From Verrucomicrobiota bacterium (GTDB lineage Bacteria > Verrucomicrobiota > Verrucomicrobiia > Limisphaerales > AAA164-E04), in the NCBI GenBank assembly GCA_047947115.1, contig CP170459.1:5600001-5664000 (forward strand): 64,000 bases of DNA. The letters run 5' to 3'. Under the pieces are notes generated by a model that made no database searches, was not told the origin of the DNA, and saw only the letters and a list, made by a program, of their open reading frames with translations. Positions within the stretch are counted from its first letter, which is position 1. Every line of letters starts with the position of its first letter. The translations under genes and the position numbers were made by a program. Shown one piece after another: positions 50,163 to 58,627 of this stretch.

Positions 50163-51470
50163 TTACCTGTTGCTCCTGTTCTGTAATTCGAAAAGAGCTT
50201 CAGAAGCTGCTGTCTGCAGCTCGGTAGAAGGCAGGCTTTGAATCCAGTCCAGAGCATTCTGCGAATCTTCCCGACCAATCATGCCTATGGCTTGACGCAT
50301 GACATGCCCTTGAATTTCATCGATGGATCGACCCTGCATCCATTGAGCCAAGCCCTGCGGATCTTTCTGCGCCCACTGCGCCGTCGAACTGGCCCATGCC
50401 TGACGACGCAACGATTCACTCTCGAACGACTCCGCCCATTCCGTCGCCGCCGCCGGATCCTTAACTGCCCACGAACGCGCCACCGACAACAACCCGCTTT
50501 CGCGCACCTTTGGATCCTCTAGTCCCAAAGCATAGTCCACAGCAGCCATCACATCTTTGTTCGCCCACTGAAACAACGAGTAGGACAAAGCTTGTTCGCG
50601 CTCCTGAGTTCCGGCAGGGAACTGAGCCGCCCACTCGGTTGTTCCTTCGGGATCTTTGAATGCCATCATTTTGGCTGCTGATAAAAACATCTGATTGCGC
50701 AAGTCATCATCCTCTATCTGAGAAGCATATTCATGAACAGCCTCCGGATCCTGTTGCGCCCAGGTCCAGGTAATGCCATCCAACGCTGTTGCCAAATCCT
50801 GACGATCCTCCAAACCGGCAGCCCACTCGATGACTCCATCCAAATCCTTCTCTGCCCAGGCAGCGCTCATGCGATTGACCGCCAGTCGTTTCAAACTGGC
50901 ATCCTGCAACCCCGTGCTCCATTCAGCCGCCAAATCGGGTTCCAATTCCACCATATATTGCACTGCCGACCGGACTACCATCCCTCGGTCCTGAAATGAA
51001 TCCAATCCCCCCAACACCTCCTCGGTAGCATCCGGGTGTAACGCCAGGATCTCCCCCACCCCCGCCAGGACTTTGGACTGATCTTTACGATCCAGACCTG
51101 GCAACACTTCCGCCAAAGAGGTCAATAATCCATCCACATCCAACTCCTCGGAATCCTTGAAACCACGCAGAACAGAAAGAAGCGATTCCACCGGACTCTG
51201 TGGTTGAGCTGGCATCGGGTTACCAGAGGTTGATTCAAACGACTCAGAAGCGATCAGTTTGTCCTGATCATTAGAAAGTGAATTTGCCTGGTCCAGGGAC
51301 GGCTTATTGGGTGTGATGGATTCGGATTTTTCAGGCAGTTCCGCGATATTTTTCGTTTCACCGACAATAGCAACCGGATCACCGCCTGATGGGTCATCGC
51401 CGCTAAACAAAAAGAAGACAGCAATTGTTCCCACCACCGCCAATCCCGAACCTACAATTAAATTTTTCAT
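50163..51470 (-). CDS. Membrane-anchored protein with tandem alpha-helical W-x3-DP-x5-W repeats
   Basis: N-terminal TM, low-complexity linker, and about 8 repeats of ~32-33 aa. Alternative start 51503. Confidence 0.8.
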   Translation of the reverse strand: MKNLIVGSGLAVVGTIAVFFLFSGDDPSGGDPVAIVGETKNIAELPEKSESITPNKPSLDQANSLSNDQDKLIASESFESTSGNPMPAQPQSPVESLLSVLRGFKDSEELDVDGLLTSLAEVLPGLDRKDQSKVLAGVGEILALHPDATEEVLGGLDSFQDRGMVVRSAVQYMVELEPDLAAEWSTGLQDASLKRLAVNRMSAAWAEKDLDGVIEWAAGLEDRQDLATALDGITWTWAQQDPEAVHEYASQIEDDDLRNQMFLSAAKMMAFKDPEGTTEWAAQFPAGTQEREQALSYSLFQWANKDVMAAVDYALGLEDPKVRESGLLSVARSWAVKDPAAATEWAESFESESLRRQAWASSTAQWAQKDPQGLAQWMQGRSIDEIQGHVMRQAIGMIGREDSQNALDWIQSLPSTELQTAASEALFELQNRSNR

Positions 51471-51763
51471 CGTCTCAAACGCCATTTGGCCTGTGGTGGT
51501 CACGACACCGCTCTCGATTCTTTAGGCAAAGGCTGCGATATTTCACCTATCCCAACCTAACCATTTTGTGAAAGTATTTGCCCGTAGCAGGTAGGCTGCA
51601 ATGCCTTTATTCCGTAAATTATTTTGGTATATACAGGTTTCCGCAGAGGTGTCGAGCCACCCCGCTCCAGAGCACGACAACGCTCCCCCACCCATCACCC
51701 ATTTCGTCTACAGAGCAACACTCCAATGCAAATAATGTCTCCCCTCAAACAATAATCAAACCC

Positions 51764-51795
51764 AAAAAAAGGGCGCCCCACAAAGAGACGCCCTT
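51764..51795 (-). terminator. Rho-independent terminator of the HYR gene
   Basis: Minus strand AGGGCGTCTC-TTTGT-GGGGCGCCCT followed by a T-run. Confidence 0.85.
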
Positions 51796-51843
51796 GATGT
51801 TCTTGTTAAACTAATGGGTGCAACCAATAGCTTTCAGGATGAC

Positions 51844-54264
51844 TTACTTATTCTTTCCACCGGGATTGCCTGGTGTGAATTGAGGATCATCGTTTCCTCC
51901 ATTGTCATCATGACCCGGGGTGTTTCCATCAACGCCATTGCCAACACCTTCATTGGCGAGAGCAACGTTGACCACTCTCTGAATCACGCTGGCGTTACCA
52001 CATTCATCGGTGACCGTGGCAGTGATGGTGAAGAAGTTCCCGATGCCCCCCTTCTTGGTGATGGTGATGGTATCGCCGTCTATGACGTATTCACAGGCAT
52101 TAGATTGATCAATAACTTTACCTGCAGGATTGATCCTCTGGCAGAGAACCTCAGTAATCTCCACGGTGAGATTGCCACAAGCATCGCCCTCAGCTCCCGC
52201 AGTGAAGGATACGGCGCCCTCACTTGGGTAAATGTCCCTGACTTCAAAGACTGCCAATGGTGCGATGGAGTCATGAACCGCAATCTCAACGGTGCAGTTG
52301 GCAACATTGCCTGCCTCATCAGCAACCGAGAAGGTAACGGTGCCAGATCCAGTCAATCCACAGTCTGCGGTCAACTGATGACTGAAAGTCTGCGAGACAA
52401 TTCCACAGTTGTCAGATGCCAACAAAACGGCTTCCGTATTTCCAGCCAGCACACTGTTGGCCCAAGCTTCAATCTGAGCCACGTAACCGGTGCCGTCACA
52501 CTCCAGAATGAACGCAGAACCATTGACCGGGGTCGGACAGCTGAGAACGGGAGCTTCGGAATCGGTCACGGTAATCATGGCGTTGCAACTGTCGGATGAA
52601 CCAGATGGGTCCGTCACTGTCAATGTCACCATTGTCTGCCCAACGGGGTAAGGTCCGGCAGGCGTCAGTGTATAAGTCAGCACATCACCGGCATCCGGAT
52701 CAAATGATCCGTTATCAACCAAGGCGGGCAGCACATCAGCAGCACACAACCCCGGATCATTCGCCACAGTAATGTCCTGACACTGGGCCACAGGAGGTTG
52801 ATTGGTGATCACGGTCACAGTGAATTCTTTGACCAATACGTTGCCATTGGCATCGGTGGCCGTGCAGATGACAACCGTGGAACCTTCATTGAAGACAGAT
52901 CCTGAAGCAGGATTAGTAACAACCGTTGCGGAACACTCATCAAAGGCCGTTACATTGAAAGCAACGCTGGCTGAGGTTTCACCTGGTGCCGCTTGTACCA
53001 GAATGTCTGTAGGGATGGTCAAGACAGGAGGGGTCACATCCAAAACAGTCACATTGAATGAGCTGGTGGAAACATTTCCTTCACCGTCGATCGCTGTGAT
53101 AAGAACAGGCGTGGTTCCGACAGGGAAAATGGATCCGGAGGCTGGCTCACTGGAGACCGTCACCGTTGAGCAAAGATCAAAAGCTTCCAAATCGAAATTA
53201 ACAACCGCGTGGCACTCGCCATCGTCCTGATTGATGGTGACATCATCCACTTCAGTGATCACTGGAGCTGCAGTATCAACAACCGTAATTACCTGTGGAA
53301 AGGTAAACGTGTTGCCCGCAGCGTCTGTGGCGGTCCAGTTAACAATGGTATCTCCCAATGGAAATACAGCGGGAGCATCGTTGGTGAGAATTGGGTCTTC
53401 GTCACAATTGTCGACCGCCATCAGTTGACCAATACTCACATTGCTGGCCTGGCCGAAGGCATCGCATTCCACGACCATGTCAACATTAACCGGAGCGACT
53501 CTCACACTGGCGAAGCGAGCAGTTTTTTGAGAGAAATCATAGAAAGCATACCGTCCATCTGGGAATGGATCGTTGGCGGGAGCAGCAATGTCGAACTCCA
53601 GAACACCGTCGACATATATCTGCAAACGATCTTCACTGTAATTGATGGAAAAAGAATACACTTGAATATCATTCCACCCTCTTCTCATCTCAGATGGAAA
53701 CACGGCTCTTGCAATTTCCGTAACCGTTCCGGTGTGCTGCCAGAGGTCGATATGATTGCTGATTCCTTTGACACGAGAAACAGAAAGACCAGCTCTGGTC
53801 CAGCCCCACCCATCTTGATTTTGAGCGTTCTGCTTCCAATCGATCAAGAGGTAATCTGCGTTGGGATTCGTTGTGTCTCCGGGGTTGAACCCAAGTGCAA
53901 TACCAATAAAGTCGTTGTCTTCTTGAGTATCCACCGACACGTGGGTAGTAAGCCTCAACCCTGCCTGACCTCCCATGGCGCTGAAATCACTGTAAAAAAA
54001 GGTAGGCAACCCGTTATCATTCTGCTGAACAGAGTTGCCATTGTCATAAACCGCCCAGTCCCCGTCATCATATGATTCGGTCATCCATGTGGTCAAATCG
54101 ACCCGTTCCGAAAGAGGTACAATGGCAGGTGGTTCCGTGTCGTTTACACACTCATCCTCGGGAACAGCTTGGGCAAAAGTGGCGTTTGATTGAAGAAGCA
54201 ACAAAGAAAGCAGGCAACCGCCCGTCCTATCGATTAGTGACCGTATCATATCTTTTTTATGCAT
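51844..54264 (-). CDS. Secreted surface protein: thrombospondin C-terminal-like domain + HYR repeats
   Basis: Signal peptide; DNDFIG.A.GF, DWKQ, GWND and GRYAFYDFSQ; several FPxGxTxVxxTATD..GN HYR repeats. Confidence 0.85.
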   Translation of the reverse strand: MHKKDMIRSLIDRTGGCLLSLLLLQSNATFAQAVPEDECVNDTEPPAIVPLSERVDLTTWMTESYDDGDWAVYDNGNSVQQNDNGLPTFFYSDFSAMGGQAGLRLTTHVSVDTQEDNDFIGIALGFNPGDTTNPNADYLLIDWKQNAQNQDGWGWTRAGLSVSRVKGISNHIDLWQHTGTVTEIARAVFPSEMRRGWNDIQVYSFSINYSEDRLQIYVDGVLEFDIAAPANDPFPDGRYAFYDFSQKTARFASVRVAPVNVDMVVECDAFGQASNVSIGQLMAVDNCDEDPILTNDAPAVFPLGDTIVNWTATDAAGNTFTFPQVITVVDTAAPVITEVDDVTINQDDGECHAVVNFDLEAFDLCSTVTVSSEPASGSIFPVGTTPVLITAIDGEGNVSTSSFNVTVLDVTPPVLTIPTDILVQAAPGETSASVAFNVTAFDECSATVVTNPASGSVFNEGSTVVICTATDANGNVLVKEFTVTVITNQPPVAQCQDITVANDPGLCAADVLPALVDNGSFDPDAGDVLTYTLTPAGPYPVGQTMVTLTVTDPSGSSDSCNAMITVTDSEAPVLSCPTPVNGSAFILECDGTGYVAQIEAWANSVLAGNTEAVLLASDNCGIVSQTFSHQLTADCGLTGSGTVTFSVADEAGNVANCTVEIAVHDSIAPLAVFEVRDIYPSEGAVSFTAGAEGDACGNLTVEITEVLCQRINPAGKVIDQSNACEYVIDGDTITITKKGGIGNFFTITATVTDECGNASVIQRVVNVALANEGVGNGVDGNTPGHDDNGGNDDPQFTPGNPGGKNK

Positions 54265-54408
54265 TGAAAACTTGTTGTTTAGGCTAAAACCCCAAGGGGT
54301 TGACTATTAATTTCTTTCCTCCCTGGTGTTTCTGGATAGCAGAAAAACCACCAAACCTTGACTCCAGGTGGCTAAGCAACCAAGTGAAGGCACGGCTGGT
54401 AAACCTTG

Positions 54409-54424
54409 AGCAACAAGCATACCA
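54409..54424 (-). promoter_or_regulatory. Sigma-54 (-24/-12) promoter
   Basis: Minus strand TGGTAT-GCTTG-TTGCT, with exact GG-N10-GC spacing, ~145 bp upstream of the HYR gene. Confidence 0.65.
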
Positions 54425-54767
54425 TTTATAAACCAACCAAAAAACAATCCAATCAATCATTGATTATCATACACTTGCATAAGAAATCTTTTTTAAACCC
54501 AATTGCCCTACTCTTTAAAATTTGCAGACGCATTACAATGCTTATGCATATACATGCAAGCCAGGTAAAAAAATGATTGCCTCAGCAATGAATGAGAAGG
54601 AAGCGAATATTCGCACTTAAGCCGAGAAACTCACTAAATGCTTATTATAATTAGTTTACTAATTTTATAACGAACTGATAAAAGCTCAAAGGAACCATAC
54701 GACGACAAAAAAACGCAGAAAACGCTCTACATTAGGGCATCTTATCACGCATCTAGTTCATTAGCCA

Positions 54768-56345
54768 TTACCTTGTGCGCTGTGGTTCAAAATCGCCAGG
54801 CTCCACCCAACCGGCTTTCATGGATTCGCCGGACATGAAGCGCTCGAAAAAATGAGCCGTGTTTTTATCATGGTAGGGGTAAGCATCAAACACATCACCT
54901 TCGCCAAACATTCGAGGATCCCCCTGACGCTTGAGATCAAGAATCAACAGGTCACGAAGATGGTCTTTGGTCGAGAGGTGACCATTGGATTCGGCAAGAT
55001 TGTTCAGGCAGTCTTCATCTTCGGAAACCCGATAGAATTCTTCACCAGGACGTTTACCAAAACTCAGTTGCCACCAGGTCTGGTTGGTTCCGCTTCGGCG
55101 CATTTCCAGGATCTGGGTTTTCATGGGACCACCATCACAGTTGAGGTAGCCGGTTTCCGGATTACCGGCAGGCCAGCGGTCTGTTTCGAAGTTTTGCAGG
55201 TAAAGCCATTCCCTGGTCAGGATACCACGAATCGGATAACCCCAATCGTTCGGACGCCCCACATCGTGACGCTCCTTGCCAACGATGACCCGGTTGCGTC
55301 CCGGATCCACCTGACCACTGATCCCGGATTGAAAGATGTCGAACAGACTCCGTCCACTCACAGATTGCATGATGGGCCCCGGATCTTGAATTCCCGCTGC
55401 CTGTAGAAAGGTCGGGGCCAAGTCCGTGAAGTTGACGAAATCTTCGATTACCCGGTTTGTACCAAGAATCCCCTTCGACCAACGCATGGCCAGTGGGATG
55501 TGATTGGAATGCAGATAAGCCTGTCCTTTGACGCGCGGAAACGGCATGCCGTGATCAGAAGTCGCCACCACCAACGTGTTGTCAAGTTGCCCTGATGCTT
55601 CGAGCATTTCGAGGATGCGCCCCAGATGTGTATCGTAGTGTTCGACTTCGATGGCGTAATCGAGCATGTCGTGACGGCTGGTCTCATTATTCGGCCAATA
55701 GCCCGGAACCCGGTCAATCTGGTCCAGTTTCTTACCAAGCCTTACCCCAGATTTGAATTCATAACCACGATGAGGTTCGGTTGCGCCATACCAGAACACC
55801 CAGGGTTTGTCCCTGGGTGTTTCTTTCAGAAAGTCGGAGAAATTGCCGGCGTAGTCATTGTTGGAAATACCCGAGGCAATGGGTTTTTCTTTTCGTTTTC
55901 CATAGTTTTTACCGGTGATCGCCCGTCGGTTTCCCTGAGTATCCAACGCAATCCCCGGCCCCCAGCCTTTGCCCGTATAGCCAGCCACATATCCAGCCGC
56001 GGCGAGCCGCTCCACGAATCCTCCAAACTTGGGAGGAAACACTGGCACATGGTTCCCGGCCTCTTCCAATTGCCAGGAGTAACGCCCCGTTAGAATTGTT
56101 GCGCGTGAGGGGGCGCATTTGGCATTGGGTGTGTAGGCGTGTTGAAACAACAACCCTTCTCGGGCCACCCGGTCAAAAGCGGGCGTTTCCACCCAGGCAC
56201 TTCCATACGCACCCGCGTGACCATAGGACCAATCGTCCGCAATGGCGAAAAGAATGTTGGGCCGCTCATCGGCAGATTGAGCCCGCATAGAATTCAGGTT
56301 GAAACAAACCAGCAAGCCACTAAGAAGAATTCGAGATACATTCAT
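54768..56345 (-). CDS. Secreted sulfatase (N-sulfoglucosamine sulfohydrolase-like)
   Basis: [37 protein letters not shown] and ERH. Confidence 0.93.
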   Translation of the reverse strand: MNVSRILLSGLLVCFNLNSMRAQSADERPNILFAIADDWSYGHAGAYGSAWVETPAFDRVAREGLLFQHAYTPNAKCAPSRATILTGRYSWQLEEAGNHVPVFPPKFGGFVERLAAAGYVAGYTGKGWGPGIALDTQGNRRAITGKNYGKRKEKPIASGISNNDYAGNFSDFLKETPRDKPWVFWYGATEPHRGYEFKSGVRLGKKLDQIDRVPGYWPNNETSRHDMLDYAIEVEHYDTHLGRILEMLEASGQLDNTLVVATSDHGMPFPRVKGQAYLHSNHIPLAMRWSKGILGTNRVIEDFVNFTDLAPTFLQAAGIQDPGPIMQSVSGRSLFDIFQSGISGQVDPGRNRVIVGKERHDVGRPNDWGYPIRGILTREWLYLQNFETDRWPAGNPETGYLNCDGGPMKTQILEMRRSGTNQTWWQLSFGKRPGEEFYRVSEDEDCLNNLAESNGHLSTKDHLRDLLILDLKRQGDPRMFGEGDVFDAYPYHDKNTAHFFERFMSGESMKAGWVEPGDFEPQRTR

Positions 56346-56457
56346 GAATTTGGGATGGAAAGACCCTATCCCTCACGTCACGTTCTGGCAAACCTGTAAT
56401 CTCCCGTTCTTCAATGCCACTGATGACATTCAGAGGCCATGACATCACCCACCCTTC

Positions 56458-57891
56458 TCACAAAACCCAAACCATCCTCGAATCCTTCAACTCCATCATC
56501 GTAACGGGAATCTCATCGGGGTTTTCCCCGCTGAGACGATAATACTGATGCCCTTCATCATCCATTTCCGCCTTGATGACATAGGAATAATCTTCATGGT
56601 CGGCCAGAAAATGACACCCCGCCATGGCACTGACGGCCCAGTGCCCGCTGAGATCATGTTTCCTTACATCCCATTCGTTCAACCCATCCAGGAAATCCCC
56701 CAGCTCACCTTGGTCCCGGAGGTACTGCACAAATTGGTTATGGATCTCCAAATCCTCCCGCACGGCCTCGGAAATTGGATTTCCCATGAAAGCTTTCAAC
56801 TCTGCCATCGATCCATAGCGCAGACGCCGTAACACGGTGGCATGGGCGACCGGTTCTGCCAGCCATTGCATGGGAGCGGGCAAATGATCGCGAATGAAGT
56901 TCATCCCGGTATCAATCAGCATGCTATCCTGTGTATCAGGTTCGATCGATTCCCAATCCTCCACTTCCTCGGCCATATACCCCCGCAGCACGTGCCAGAA
57001 TTCAGCAAACAGCAGACGCCGTTCTTCGAGTTGGGTCTCCACAAGGGGCAACGCTCCCTCGAGATGCGGATAGGATTGCCAAACATACCTGATCTGTGTT
57101 TCACGAAACAGGTAAGCGGTCGGGTCGGCTTTGATCGATGCAGCCGTTTCATCGTCAATGGACAACCGGGATTCTTTGGTGACCATTTCAAACAACGCCA
57201 CGCCGGCAGCAAATATGTCCGAAGCCTGAGTGAGTGGAACGCCGCTTTGAATGTTGGATGAATCAATCAGAAGTTCGGCATAATCAGGCGTAGCCGAATA
57301 CATGTACTCTTTGGTTTTCCCATAATGCCTGGGCGTAAAGAAAGCGCCCATATCGACGAACTTGATGTTTCCATCAGAAAGGCGAACCACGTTCTCGGGC
57401 TTAAAATCAATCAGCACAATCCCGTTCGCATGAAACTGTTCCATGATCGAGAATGTTTCATAAATGGCTCGCCTGAACTCAGCCACCCACGCCTCCGAAC
57501 ATCCTTCACCGGCACCATCATCACACCACTCCAGAAGATTCTTCCCATTGAGAAATTCCATCGCTACCCAGGCAAACTTGCGCTCAAATTCCAGACCGGA
57601 ACCGTAATAAACGGGAATGAAGTTTTGTAGGGTTCCCAATGAACTGATCTCCTCAAAATTTGCCACTTCCAACTGAAAGGACACATAAGGACCATAGCTC
57701 ACCTCTTCTTCCATACCGCATTCCAGATCAAAGATCTTAATCACAATCTCGGGTCGGTCCGTCAGGAAAATGGCGGTTTCAGATGCCAAACGAAGGGCAT
57801 TGCCTAGAGTAACAGATCCGGACTCAGGCAAATCGATCTGCAATCCTGAGAAACGGCTCTCCGTAACGCCTTGCTGCATACTCTCATCCAT
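56458..57891 (-). CDS. Atypical Ser/Thr protein kinase-like protein
   Basis: VIKIF, AMEFLNG, IDFKPEN, VDMG, TPDYAE and SDIFAAGVALFEM. Confidence 0.82.
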   Translation of the reverse strand: MDESMQQGVTESRFSGLQIDLPESGSVTLGNALRLASETAIFLTDRPEIVIKIFDLECGMEEEVSYGPYVSFQLEVANFEEISSLGTLQNFIPVYYGSGLEFERKFAWVAMEFLNGKNLLEWCDDGAGEGCSEAWVAEFRRAIYETFSIMEQFHANGIVLIDFKPENVVRLSDGNIKFVDMGAFFTPRHYGKTKEYMYSATPDYAELLIDSSNIQSGVPLTQASDIFAAGVALFEMVTKESRLSIDDETAASIKADPTAYLFRETQIRYVWQSYPHLEGALPLVETQLEERRLLFAEFWHVLRGYMAEEVEDWESIEPDTQDSMLIDTGMNFIRDHLPAPMQWLAEPVAHATVLRRLRYGSMAELKAFMGNPISEAVREDLEIHNQFVQYLRDQGELGDFLDGLNEWDVRKHDLSGHWAVSAMAGCHFLADHEDYSYVIKAEMDDEGHQYYRLSGENPDEIPVTMMELKDSRMVWVL

Positions 57892-58627
57892 AAGTTTTGG
57901 GAAAGGATTGCAGATAGATTACTCATATTCTGCCTGGGTGCAAAGATCTAATATATCGTTATTTGACAACGTTTTTTGACGGCTCACTTTTGCAATCACT
58001 GCTTCCAGCAAACGTGTCACCCCATCGAGTTGTCGCATTTGAATCGCCGGATTCCAGAGCGGTTCAAACTTGTTCCACCCACTTGTGTAAAAGACAAGCC
58101 TCGCGCGATGCTTATACTGATTGCCAAAAGTATGTGCGCATAACGGCTCGCTGTTGCCTCTTATTCTCACGCCCGCTGCGCTAGGGACGCAGTGGCGCAG
58201 AGTTTTTTCTGAAATTACTTCTGGCAAACGTTATAACAGTTCCATGCGACAGAGTGCTTTGAAAGATGGCATTCCAGCGAGGTGAATCCGGCTGACATTG
58301 TTGTTCCATTCAGGATACAAAGATTGTATCTCCATCAAATGAGGGAAACCAGGCTGCCAGGCTATTCATTACTAATTCATTTTCTGACACTTACCACCCT
58401 CAAAACACCCCCAATCATTGTCCACCACTCAAAAAGAAAGCCATTTGAAGAATGGACCGGATTGTCAGGGATTTGCCATGTTTAATAATGGGCCGGAAAC
58501 GACAAACCGAACTTCCCAAATGCTCACCCGGTTTTTTGGATAGGTTAAACCGGAATTATCATAGGCAAGAGGCTCATGTTCTGACAGGATACCTGAAAGC
58601 AATGAGTAGAACAATTTCTGTGACACC

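Noticed and set aside
58180..58300. c-di-GMP or cobalamin riboswitch
   Set aside because: Fragments such as GGGACGCA, GGCAAAC and GGTGAATCC are present but in the wrong order or context.
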